Source of the DNA: Bigelowiella natans CCMP2755
Taxonomy: Eukaryota; Protista; Cercozoa
Assembly (NCBI GenBank): GCA_000320545.1
Contig: ADNK01001910.1
Coordinates: 1-39,434, forward strand
Length of the DNA: 39,434 nucleotides
Direction of reading: 5' to 3'
Positions 24,637 through 36,359 of the stretch are shown piece by piece. Position 1 is the first letter of the stretch, and each line of letters opens with the position of its first letter. A program made the translations under genes and the position numbers. Under the pieces are notes generated by a model. It had not been told where the DNA came from. It ran no database searches and saw only the letters and a list, made by a program, of their open reading frames with translations.

Positions 24637-26850
24637 TCAAGTGGTGATGATTCGATCTCCCATTGATTCTGAATCTGCAGTGATTTCGCGCATCTCCACC
24701 ACCTTCAAGCTATACCCTCGAATCTTTACTTCCTTTGGCTCGTTGCTACTAGGTAAAATTGGAAGTACCTCATGCCCTTTGTTTTTTACTACCAATGGTT
24801 TGAATCTCGACTTCGAAAGTTTCTCACCGACGAGAATATTGCTAGTTTTTCTCTCTTTAGTTTTAGCCTTCTCGGCCGCCCCTGAAGAAGGCTGCTTTTG
24901 ATCCTTTGGTGTGGAAATGATGCTAAGAGATCCATCTAATTCCAACGCGTTTACCACTATGTTGCGTCCATCAAGAATTAAAGTTGATCTATCGGATATA
25001 CGAACTTGTTTCGGGTAAGGAAACCTCTTTTTAAAGGCCTGAAAGGATGCCGCGAAAGCTGCGGAGAAGACGATGCGCGCACCGCTACTTACTGGGATCC
25101 CCAAGTACTCCTTCAATCCGGCATCGACTTTTATATCAACACCAATTTTGTGCAGCAACATACGATTAAGACGATAAAGATCCGCCTCCCCCGTGGCGGC
25201 ACACTCAGCATAACCTGTCTTTTTGAGCTTTGCTTTCGCATCTACGACGTTGTTCTTAACAGAGGAGCAGGCAAACCACCGTGGCAACATGCAGTAGCCG
25301 ACACGCTGCGAGGCCTCACGGCCAAACAAGCGCGGCAAGTCCTGCATCATGCACTCGAGGCGGGTGGGTTTCTTGAAAGCCGTTTTCGCCGTATCCTTGT
25401 ACTTTGGATTTACAAACTCAGGGACACGCCCACCGGTCCTCTCCAGAACTTCAAGGTAGTTCTCCAACTCGACGTTGAAGGCATTGATATTACCCGGAAA
25501 CGGTGAAAAAACGCCGCTTACTCCTTTGCTCGCCACGGAACTGGCGTCAGCTGCAGGGAGGACATCTCCTTGCGGATGCCCGTTAGCTCGGAGCAGTGAA
25601 TCGAGCTGATTGTACTCAACGTTCACTGTGATGGCGTGGGTATTTGAGGTTGATTCCTCGGAAGCAGGACTTCTACGTGGCCGCGTATCCTCTCCCTTCT
25701 GCTCCACACGATCAAGAAGGCAGATCGCGCCCTTTGGCTCGCCCGGTTTCCTCCCAACTGTGATGGAACTCATCGACAGGTTCTTCGCTCTCGAGACCCC
25801 GAGGGAAACAGTCATGGCGTTGAAAACTAGGCTGTTTGTGTCCTGGAAGAAGCACACCCATCGAATCCCCCGCGCTTTCCACTTCTTCACAAGACCGTGT
25901 TTATGGAGCAACACGTGGACGTCCCCATGCCCATGCGGCTTTGTCAGAAGCCTTACTACCGCGTCTTCTCCGCTGTCCGACCCCCCCCCCTTAACGTCAA
26001 AATGTGCCTCGTCGGTTGCTAGGCTTGGCACCTTTTCCTGCTTCAGTAGAACCACTCGAGAGGCCTCGACTCCGAAGTGTCTGTTGGCCTCGAGAAGAGC
26101 TACTGTCTTCGCGTGCGTATCATCACTGGTCATGATCGCTATTGGGGCCGCATGTCCGTTCGAGAGGGCGCGTATTCTCTCGATGTACAGCTGGAGATAG
26201 CAGCGCTGCGTGACCATTTCTGTAGGCATTGCTACCTTGATTCCGTTGTAGCCGAGCCGCTCTCCCAGCCCTCCGGCCACCAGCACATAGGCAGCGTTCT
26301 TGGCTTCTTCGAGACCTTGGATCTCAGCTCTGTCGAACTCTTTCGTCCCGGGCTCGAGATGGACGCCAAGGGGGGGGGGGGAGGGCTTCAAGCCTGCGAA
26401 CGCGTTTGCCCCACTCCGAGAATCTAACAGCAGTCGATGGGCGTTGGACACATAACTTCGCAGCCCACCAGGATACTGCTTATCGAGAGATTCTAGTTGG
26501 GCGACGAACCGGTTGCTCTGTGCGTCGATATCCGATTTAGACTGAAGCATCTTCACAGCTACGTGGGTTTGGCCGAGCGACATCAGCTCTCCGAGCCACG
26601 CATTCAATCGCGACAGGGGAGACGCCAGGAGGCGCTCCAGGGCCGACTTCGTTTTCTCCACTGCCGTTACAGCTGTGTCTGCAGTATCAGGCTTTACCCC
26701 GGCTCGATCCCTCTGCGCTTTGCTCTCGCAGCTGCTGTCTTTCAACGCACCCTCCACCTCGTTCAAGATATTCTGACACAACACCACATTGGCCTCGGCA
26801 CGCGCGAGCAGCGTTTCCGCAGAAGAAAACATCTTCATGCCGTTGGCCAT
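24637..26850 (-). CDS. USP: UDP-sugar pyrophosphorylase (UTP-monosaccharide-1-phosphate uridylyltransferase), single exon
   Basis: Uninterrupted ORF with YVLVAGGLGERLGYNGIK, LLKQEKVP, TKPHGHGDVH, FFQDTN, NVEYNQLD, FPGNIN, EFVNPKYKD and KPTRLECMMQD. The first ATG is at 26850, with an in-frame stop just upstream. Confidence 0.95.
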   Translation of the reverse strand: MANGMKMFSSAETLLARAEANVVLCQNILNEVEGALKDSSCESKAQRDRAGVKPDTADTAVTAVEKTKSALERLLASPLSRLNAWLGELMSLGQTHVAVKMLQSKSDIDAQSNRFVAQLESLDKQYPGGLRSYVSNAHRLLLDSRSGANAFAGLKPSPPPLGVHLEPGTKEFDRAEIQGLEEAKNAAYVLVAGGLGERLGYNGIKVAMPTEMVTQRCYLQLYIERIRALSNGHAAPIAIMTSDDTHAKTVALLEANRHFGVEASRVVLLKQEKVPSLATDEAHFDVKGGGSDSGEDAVVRLLTKPHGHGDVHVLLHKHGLVKKWKARGIRWVCFFQDTNSLVFNAMTVSLGVSRAKNLSMSSITVGRKPGEPKGAICLLDRVEQKGEDTRPRRSPASEESTSNTHAITVNVEYNQLDSLLRANGHPQGDVLPAADASSVASKGVSGVFSPFPGNINAFNVELENYLEVLERTGGRVPEFVNPKYKDTAKTAFKKPTRLECMMQDLPRLFGREASQRVGYCMLPRWFACSSVKNNVVDAKAKLKKTGYAECAATGEADLYRLNRMLLHKIGVDIKVDAGLKEYLGIPVSSGARIVFSAAFAASFQAFKKRFPYPKQVRISDRSTLILDGRNIVVNALELDGSLSIISTPKDQKQPSSGAAEKAKTKERKTSNILVGEKLSKSRFKPLVVKNKGHEVLPILPSSNEPKEVKIRGYSLKVVEMREITADSESMGDRIITT

Positions 26851-27328
26851 TGACGTAGCCACGTGGAGTTATCCTCAACAGCCAGTTCTGACCAACAGGA
26901 GCAGAGGCGGGGAGGGGGGCTACCCGCTTTGACTGACGCCGTAACCCTTCGATTGGATTTTGCTATGATTTTCCTTCAGATTGGGTGATACGAATTTAGA
27001 TATTTATCGCGTTAAATATTATCCAAATCGCGAATAAAAATGGAGAGGATCTACGAGTTAAGACTCGTTTTTATTTGTACTAATTTAGGAATATAATAAT
27101 ACCAGATATATCGTAATAAAGTTTCCGTAGAAAAACTTGTGAGACGCGCTCATCCTTCTTTCCGGGTAGAGTTCCTCCCGAAACTGATCATTGCCCACGC
27201 CCCTCCACCCTCCCCTCTTCTCCGCCCTTGCAAGTAGTTTTCGAAAACAAACCCATCTAATCCCGCCAAGGCACGGACAATCAGACCTCTTTAATCGCTC
27301 TTTGTTGGGCGCTCAGAGGGTTGGATGC

Positions 27329-27667
27329 ATGTGTAAAGGGATTGTATTCTGGCTGATGACTTGCCTGGTATGGTTAACGACGACGATGGTGATGATGATG
27401 ATGACGATGGTGATAGTGATAGTGGCGGTTGATGGTCGTCCAGAAAGAGGCACCGCAAGTAGGCGGATGCCTTCTTACAAACCTAAGGGAAACCGTCGTC
27501 GATTCATTCGTTGCGCGTCTCTGCAGTTCTGCGCGATTAGCAGCAGTTAAAAAAGTCTACTCGTAAGATGTGAGTTTCATAAATGCCCGAAATGGGCACA
27601 GCATTCTCTAAGGGCAACGTTTAACACACCGCTGCGTTTTCCTTCATGTATGCATATGCATATTAGC

Positions 27668-27703
<36 letters not shown>

Positions 27704-28514
27704 GTAATTCTCCACGCTGCTACCCCGAAACGCTCATCAGCTGCTGCGATTCCAACCCCTACCCCAACAGCTTCCGTATCCTCCAGCTCTAGGGTCATAA
27801 CACTCACCCCGACTTTCTTCTACCTCAAGCAACGCACTTCATGTTCATGGAAGTGCCTGTATTGACATTATTATCGAGTTTTCGAACCAATCTCTACACG
27901 TGGGGGAGGCGACAGCGGAGATGATGATGGCGATGATGATGATGATAATGATGATGATGATGATGATGATAATGATGATGATGATGATGATGATAATGAT
28001 GATGGTGATGATGATGATGATGATGATAATGATGATGGTGACGACGATGACGATGGAGACCCACAACGCGTATCACCTGTGTTCTCTAATTTGCAACCAC
28101 ATATATTGTCTAGTCGCCGGAGATCGAGTTCTCCAAAGGCACAGGCTCGGTGAGTAGTATCCCTAGAAAGCCATTTCATCCATGAGATTAACTACCAATA
28201 AGCATACTTGATCGTATTCCATTAGTAGGGCACGCACATTCATTCATTCGTCTACGGATATTTCTCTTTGTTGTCTCTTCGTTATTTCTCCTTGCGTTCG
28301 GCATCTGTTGCGCTTCCAACCACCGCTTTTTGCATTTCTTGCTTCTCACGTTTGCTTGTGGCAAACGAATATGTGAGCGCTGGCACGAAAGCCGACGATG
28401 TGTGATTTCCATCAGCGCGGCGCCCTGACGAATAAAATCGAGGGCCGCGTGGGAGTGAAGACGTACGATGAATATGTTCAGGTTTCTTAGCATGCATACA
28501 TGTGATGCCTGCGC

Positions 28515-28552
<38 letters not shown>

Positions 28553-28586
28553 GCACACACACGCACGCACACACACGCACACACAC

Positions 28587-28625
<39 letters not shown>

Positions 28626-29475
28626 CACACACGCACACACACACACACACACACACAAATTTAATAGCAAGGAGCTTTGGTGAATGACTGATTTGCTGTA
28701 AATCTTGGAGTTGACACTATGATTATCCCCGCCCCCCGCCCCCCGCCCCCCCCCACCATTTGGGTCCTGGCGCGCTCATAGGAAAGCATTGTGAAAAAAC
28801 TCGAAGAAGAAGCACACATCGGCAGCGACGAGCAACTTGACGAGTCAGAGGAGGGGGGGGGGAAGACAGAGCGTGGACGGAAGGGCCGATCGCCTAAATC
28901 CCGGCGTATCGACTCGGAGAAAGAGGAAGAAGATGGTGAGGATTTTATGAGAAGGATTTTTAAGAACATCAAATCCGCACAGCGAGAGGCGTATGGGGAC
29001 GAAGGCCCTCCCTCGGAGTTAATGCTTGCGCATCGAAGGGAAGATGCAGGAGAGTCGGCAGGTTATTCCTCGTCCTATGGGGACTTGTCAATCTTGCCTG
29101 TTATTTATTGTATATCTTGTATATTATATATGTGCACGTGTAGAGGCGTGTGTGTGTGTGTGTGTGTGTTGTTGTTCTTGTTGTGTGTATGTGTGTGTGT
29201 GTTTTTGCGTGAACGTATATCTTGATCGATATCAATGAGCCTCACGCATACCGGGGTCTTTTCTCCATAGGCGAATATCTCAGAAGAAGAAGAAGAAACA
29301 GTCTTTATGACGACGATGACGAAGAAGAAGAAGAAGAAGAAGAAGAAGAAGAAGGGGCCATTAATCACAACAATGATCTTCGTAAGGGCAGCCATCGAGT
29401 GCGAAAACGAAGGAAGAGACATAAGAATCGTCAGGGTCATTCCCACCGCCGCTTCCAAAGGTGTGTCAGTGTTAT

Positions 29476-29513
<38 letters not shown>

Positions 29514-30666
29514 AACACACACAGAATAACGAGATAGATATACTCTTCCCCCCCCCTCCCCGGCCTTATGATGTAATCACGTCGTCTACGCATTTTGGCG
29601 CACACCGTGTTTCTCCAATGCGACAGGATCTCACCTGCCTCGAGGGGGATGTTTGAGAACCTCACCGAGATCGAAGTGTAAGGAGAAGAATGAGCGAGCA
29701 ATTCAAACGAATCTCGTCTATTTTTCAAAAGCTTTTCACCGCTTCGCGGCGCCGAACATCGCCGTTATTTCGTGCGAGAGAGTTATCGGTTTGAGCAGTT
29801 TTAAAAAGTTGTGTAAAAGGCGCACTCTGCTTTACTTTTTTCAACGCCGTCGCACCCCCCACCCCCCCCCCCTCCCCCCCCCTCTCTCTCTCATTCACTG
29901 ATCATCAATCGCCATGCCCTAAGGGCATTTTGTACGGTGACTGTTTTCCCCCTTCTCCCTACAATGCACAGTAGCATTTGAAAGGGCACAGTTTAATGCA
30001 TGCATTCTCATACAGCGCGGCATTAGAGATCGACACGCTGCGATTAGAGGGTAATAATAATATCATATTTATATATATATATATATATATATATTTATGG
30101 GTATATGGAGGGATATATAAACATATTGATATAGATATGTATTGATTCCGCTGCTACATGCTCCTAAGAGCTACATCGAGGTTTTTGAATTAGCAGTTAC
30201 AAGCTGGATTGTAGACCCTTCATCATGGGTAGCTGCTGCCCATGTGTGCTAGCTCTCCACTAGGCATTCAATACAGACCCATCTCTTCCTCATCATTTCG
30301 CTCGAAAGAGCGAAATGACGTTCCCTCCCGGAGGCGGGGTGTAGTTTTTTCACATTTTACCGTTCAACTTGGCAGGTTTCCCGGTGGACGATGTCATTCG
30401 GAGAGCCTACCTCTTCAAGCACACTGGAAACAGGTCAGTCCCGAAATCGGCACCCCGCGCGATCTGCCTCGCTCAGCTCTCTTGACGATGGTAACTGAAA
30501 CGACGGCGCCCTCCATTCTTCGCAGGACATGGCTCCCTAGGGGGTTCAGTAACAGGGAGGCGGAGAGGGATGTGAGTAGAATGCGGTCCCCGCCCACGTG
30601 CGGCGCTGTGCGCGAGGAAGAGTAGACAATCGGTGGAGAGGATGGTTTTGCAAAGAGGCCAGCGTG

Positions 30667-30715
<49 letters not shown>

Positions 30716-31177
30716 GACAGACACACACACCCACTCACGTACACACACGTGCACGCACACATACAGGTGCTTGAGGCTGCAGCATATATGGAACCTTCGC
30801 TCAATGCTTTTCGGGTGAATAGGCAACCATAAGTATCCGTGGGATAGACACGTTTTTTAAAGAGCTATGCATCTGAAGAGAGTATTGATTAATCCTTTAT
30901 CTGGGCAGATTCGTGACTATACGATGGACTCATTCGTTATGAGCCTGAGGGTATGGATAGACGTACATAGCATAAATGTCAAATGGTCAAATGGTCAAAT
31001 AATAGATAGTTTTTCCCATTTTGGGGGGGAAATTGTTTACCACGTCATTTAAAGAAAGCTGGGCTACATCCACACAATAGAGCAAGATTTTCATATGCAA
31101 TGAGCATTGTAATTGAATCCTTGTTTACTAATCGTCCAGCGGTATCAGTTTCGGCAGCATCTGATGAACAAAAGGGT

Positions 31178-31229
<52 letters not shown>

Positions 31230-31493
31230 CGTTTTGCCCTTGTGGCAAGTTTTCTACGATGTTTTTAGCCATCCATCAAAGCATACGATGAGTTGTTATA
31301 TTGCGATTTACCGATTTCTCCAAGAAAAAGCAGAGTGCTGTCGTAATTACAGCCTATTCCATGGGCAGCAATGTACACGTGCAAGTGCGTCGCTGCGATA
31401 TCGTTCTGAAACTAAGACGTCTTTCTCCCCGTATGTTCTAAGATGCTCATGCGTCACCGTATCCGGCTCCGCTTCACGTTCCATGACGGTACC

Positions 31494-31534
<41 letters not shown>

Positions 31535-33564
31535 TGTCTGTGTGTGTTTATATGTTGTTCCTATGATAGCAACCGTTTTTTCCTTTGGATTAGGTTCGGA
31601 CCAGCCAAAAGAGCCGCATTATGCTGTTGTGAGGCTGCGCGACACCGTTCGGTCGTTTCTCAAGGTAAAAACAACAAAGCATAGCATGCTCCGGAATGCT
31701 AGTGCAAATTAAGAAGATTTCTCGGACATCGAAATCAACACACGGCGCATGGTTTTGGGTGTGTGCAATTCACGTACGGTTTGGAATGCGTATTGGTATA
31801 TGCAGACGACATTCCGCACTCTTCTTGTTGGGAATACGATGCTCCGAAACCGTAAATGGGACCAGATGATGTGAGAAGACACGCGTGTGACGAAGCATTG
31901 AATGCCGGAATTTCTCGCCATGGCGTTTCGAAAGCAGATGATGCAAATGTGTATCTTTCCATAACGAAGAAAATTGCGGGTTCGGTTTGCGGGGAATGCA
32001 AGCCCCCTTGCATATCCTAACGCAGTAGTTTTGCTTTCGATGAATGCACCTTAACGCCATACGATGCTCATATGCTCCGGACGTTGTGTGTATGGATGTT
32101 TACCATATGCAGGTTTGTTAAGAAGAACACTATTATTCGGTACCAGGCCATTGCATGATAAACGTGTGACCAAATAAAACGGAAGACTGCATTGATGCCT
32201 TTAGAGATTATATATGTCTATTTCTTGGCGTTGTCCTACTGTATGCCTTTGTGTTTCAGGGAATCGCATTTCTTCTACGACTTATTGATGGACAAGGAAA
32301 AGTAAAAACCCTCTAGACAGATCTTTCGCAGTGATTTTGTCAAAACTCGCAATATATACTCTTCCACAAATACACAAATAATACTATCTTCGACGCGAAT
32401 TGTGGATTGATTCGTTTCTCTGTGATTTATTCTAAGAGAGATGGATAAATTATTAGTTTCACGACAAAATTCCGTGTGCCAGGCCGTTTTAAATTCGGTA
32501 GGTTGACAGACAAAGTACATTATTCAAGTTGCGCGATGAAATGATGAACCTGAAGCGATCCGAGCGGCTTGTATATTAGCCTTCAAAATTCAGCTTTGCC
32601 GAATTCAAAAATTGTATCATTTGCATTTTTTGGGCTATGAAATTCTTAACACTTTTTCCTCTTTCAGTTTTTATGATTTTTCATGCGAATTGAGTTCTTC
32701 CCCGTTTGGTTTGTGAGACGGTGACCAGGAAGATCCTCTCTTCGATGCCGATGTCAAAGAAGACATGGAGAAGAAGATCGAGGTTACAGAGGAAAAAGAC
32801 CTGGCTTTCGTCGTAGATGAGCGCTTTTTCGAGTCGAGGAGGTATGGTATGAATGCTGTATACCAAGATTGTTTTATTACGCATTGGCATGAATTGGAGG
32901 GGTAAGAGGCTACCAAAGAGAGCCGAGCTCTATAGAACCAAATGCAATCGAGTGTGCATGTATTAAAACATGTTTCAATTGGTAATTCGGATTCATTGGG
33001 TCGTTGGTTTCAGAGGCCAGATTCCATATTCGCTCTGGGAGTATACGGATAATATTGAGGCCGCTCACGAGGATTTTGAGCTGGACTCGGATGATAGTGG
33101 TATGTTTACAACTAAAGCTGTAACCGCATATGTGCATGAGCACGGAGACGCATTTACCATTGATTCGGAACATCTTGTACGTGGTCAAGGGTGTAGAGCC
33201 TATCATGGTGTTTAATAAAACCTCTGACGTTCTTGTTTTGCAGAAAAAGAGCTCGCTGATGACGACAACGAATTCAATGAACCCAGCTTTGCAACTGAGC
33301 AGGAAGCTCTCGAGTACATCATTGTGTATTATAGGCATGTAAATACAGCGAGCCACTTCATCATCTCAATTGCGTTTGGTCCTGACATCGACTATTTCAC
33401 CATTCAAAGCGTTCTCATTTCATTTCAATGTTGCGGTCGTACAATTCAGCTACGTCGGGCAAGCCCGTTTGGCGAAAAAGAAGAGGAAAAATCAGCCGAT
33501 GTTAGACGCTCAGCGTGACCGTACAAAGCCGAGACTGTTGACACAAGGCCCTGTAAATTTTTAA
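27329..33564 (+). CDS. Divergent XAP5/FAM50 C-terminal-domain protein with a long low-complexity acidic N-terminal half; multi-exon, 5' exons uncertain
   Basis: Exons in 31443-33100 splice to [10 protein letters not shown]|[23 protein letters not shown]|TTFRTLL...WDQMM|FVKKNTIIR|[12 protein letters not shown]...EDPLFDADV...[13 protein letters not shown]|GQIPYSLWE. This is colinear with the XAP5 consensus (ITFSYWDG...TVxxFL...LMYIKEDLIIPH.HSFYDF...GPLF.FDV...KVV.RSWYE...FPASRWE). The C-terminus is AKKKRK...GPVNF*. Confidence 0.7.
27920..28055 (+). repeat. Imperfect (GAT)n tract, probably coding poly-Asp in the XAP5-domain gene
   Basis: Interruptions (AAT, GGT, GAC, GGC) read as N/G/D in the GAT frame. 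The tract is followed by GDPQR and a GT donor. Confidence 0.75.
28518..28656. repeat. Intronic (CA)n/(CACG) microsatellite
   Basis: Seen directly. Confidence 0.95.
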
Positions 33565-33569
33565 TGCCA

Positions 33570-34230
33570 TCTGCTATGCACATGACTATGACATTGCACT
33601 TGCATAGCTAGATAGACGTGCTGGCGCGGTTGTCACAATGATGCATATGCTCAAGTTTGGACATCTCGCATACAAAGTGAAGATATCAACTTGGTCAACA
33701 TCTGTCTAATCACCTTTGAGCTTTTGCCAAGCTAGCAAGCTAGCAAGGGCAGGCGTACGCTACATGATCGTTATAGTTAGCATTCGTTTGGCCTATCTAG
33801 CTATACTTTGTACGTTAACGATATTGTACGCATTTGACACCCAATCTAGCAATGTGCGAAGCTAGAAAAATGCAAATACAGTTAGAAAAAGCGGCGTATA
33901 TGCATGTGTAACACGACGACTGGCTCAGCTAGCTAGCGCTAGTCGTATACGCCAAGCATGCAAAGACTAAAGCTTTGCAGGTTTGTTGAAGCCTGCCAAA
34001 TATATATGGTGGGCAAATGTGCGTCGCGCTAGCGCGATCTAGCGTTGCAAATTCAAGCGGCTAGTATAGCAGGTCAACCCGTGGGACGTTCTCACGATGT
34101 GGTCGCGAAGACAACTGCATCTAGCTCTAGAGCTAGCTAGTGCATAGCATGCATGGCTAGATGGCGGCTCACGACGCAGACTAGTAAGGCTGTGCTAATA
34201 AGCTATGTGCGCGCGCATCAAATGACGTCA
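33570..34230. other. CTAG/CATG-rich spacer between the convergent XAP5-like and rps9 genes
   Basis: AGCTAGCTAG at ~33927 and 34131; CATGGCTAGATGG at 34152-34164. Confidence 0.6.
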
Positions 34231-34454
34231 TAAAACCCATATTATTTTAATTCAATATTGAATACGACACCACGCGTTGTGTCACACTATCATCATAAAT
34301 ATCATGTAGACGATGTTAATGAAGCAAACAAGCAGGGTTGCATGCCGAATATAAATTCTGTGTGACAAGTGCAAAGGGAGGGAAACGCGGTATCCTAGCC
34401 TTGAAGCAACACTGCGCCTTCCGTTTCTGCGCTTGTCGGAGCTTCTCCACAAGA

Positions 34455-35742
34455 TTAACGCTTTGAGAATTGAGGCGCCTTACGAGCCTTCTTAAGACCA
34501 TACTTTTTCCTCTCCTTTTTACGAGCGTCTCGTGTCAGCATGCCCTTCTCCTTCAACATAGCCTTCAGCTGTTCCTTTGGGAGCTAAGATGATGTTGATG
34601 ATCGGTCAGTATTCACATATTGGCATCGCGGGAGAGAAAATTGCAAAGAAACAAGAAAAGGGCAAACACTAGGGTAGCGATATTCTTGCGCAAGACTCTA
34701 TTTTCTTGACATAATATGTACCGTTGAAGACAATGGAAATCCATCGCTAAGGAGGAGGCGAGCAGCAGCCAGCTTAATGGCGTCCTTCTGCCCGGTCATG
34801 CCACCCCCTGCTACGCGGAAGTGGAAATCATGTTCAGTGTGCATTCCGAGGAGGTAGAGAATCTGGTAGAGCTCCATGTACGCCACTAGGTTGTTCTTGA
34901 AGTAGCTGTCACATTTCCACGAAAACAAGGAGAAAAAGCGTGGTGAGCTTGGCGACAACGAAAAAATGAGTTTGGCTTCTCATCGGCGTGCGCGTGTCTC
35001 TCCTACACGTATTTTTTGTTGAAAGCGTGGCAAGGAAGCTGAGAAAAGTGTTTCTGAAACTTCCCCGTCAAATAGCTGAATTCTTTCCCTATTTCCCTCG
35101 CAACACCCCATTTTTACAACCACTATCTATTATCTATCTCCTTCAATTATCTTACTCGGTCGCTTCCTTGTCATTGATGACAATCTTTCCAGAGCCAGGG
35201 AAGACCGCGCACTTCGCGTGGGCGGTTTTGCGGCCACCTTTACCAGTAGCAATCGCCTCTCTACGAACAGGAGCATCCACTGCTGCAGAGTTCATCGCCA
35301 TGGATCGCGAAATACGCATGGCAGGTCCTTTGAAGGACGGAATCGCCATCTGCGCAGGGCCCGTCCGTGCGGATACTAGAGGTGACCCCAAGGCTGAGAT
35401 TTAAGCGTTTATAGAGCGTGAGGAAGGTGATTAGGAGAGGATAAACAAACACCAATATTTCTAAAGAACCGTATCCAAGTCAAAGTCAGAGTATTAGAGA
35501 AGCTATCCACATAGCTGCGAGCGGCTTAACAGCTGTATTTTCGCCTACCCCATATATGCCCTCTTGCTACCGACCTCCATTCAATTTCTAACCATACATG
35601 CATCCGTTTCCTTGCTCACTAGTATGACTAACCATAGTATTGTATTACCGGAATTTGATCTGAAGGATGCGAACAGCACAAAGGCTGCGAAGAAGAGAAG
35701 CGCCGCGAAGGCGAGAGAGGGGGAGGGGGTTCGGCCCACCAT
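34455..35742 (-). CDS. rps9: Nucleus-encoded plastid ribosomal protein S9 with a bipartite (signal + transit) presequence
   Basis: Signal-like start [27 protein letters not shown], then a Ser/Arg-rich transit segment. The mature part has [13 protein letters not shown]...[30 protein letters not shown], and [29 protein letters not shown]. Confidence 0.95.
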
Positions 35743-36359
35743 TGTCCTCTATTCGGATTTTGGAACGACAATTATAAGTTATAATTTAGAACTAATCGCT
35801 TTATTTGAACATAAACCGACAATTCAATTATGATGTCGCAGGTCCAAATTAATATACTAATAAAGCTTGTCGCACAAACCCAATCATCTGAAAGAATCGC
35901 ATCTATTGATAAATTCAGTGACAGGCTATTTGGCATCATCTGGGCAAAATAATGAGATATCCATCATAAATTAGCACTATTTTTCGCACATTTCTTAATT
36001 TATCCGTTAATACCGGGATTTGGCGGCCTTTTATGAGTGGCCCACAGGCTCTGTGTAATGTGCCGACCGAGAAACATTGTCACTGCGGTAATAAAAAAGC
36101 AGAAGTCTCGAAACCGAGGACTTTCGTGGATAAAATATACAAACAGTGTTGTCGTTAGGGATATATAAAGCAGAAGAATAATTCGGCCGAATTAAAAATA
36201 TTTGTAATATTTCGCTTTCTCCTGTAAAATGTCAGAAGTCTGAGATTCATCTCGGCTGGCCTGTCGTCCAATCGAAACCCGAATGGCGCCTGGGCCTATG
36301 AGAGGTAGTGGATTGCAAACCGAAAGCGGCCGCTCAACCCACCACGCAACATAATCAGC
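35743..36359. promoter_or_regulatory. Probable bidirectional promoter between rps9 and thrS
   Basis: A short AT-rich spacer between head-to-head start codons. The call rests on position only. Confidence 0.45.

Noticed and set aside
25006-26853. Long plus-strand ORFs (166, 196, 116 and 118 aa) opposite USP
   Set aside because: These are antisense shadows of a GC-rich coding sequence with no recognisable motifs.
27845-28179. Poly-Ile, poly-Ser, poly-His and poly-Met ORFs
   Set aside because: They are alternative readings of the (GAT)n repeat; only the poly-Asp frame is plausibly coding.
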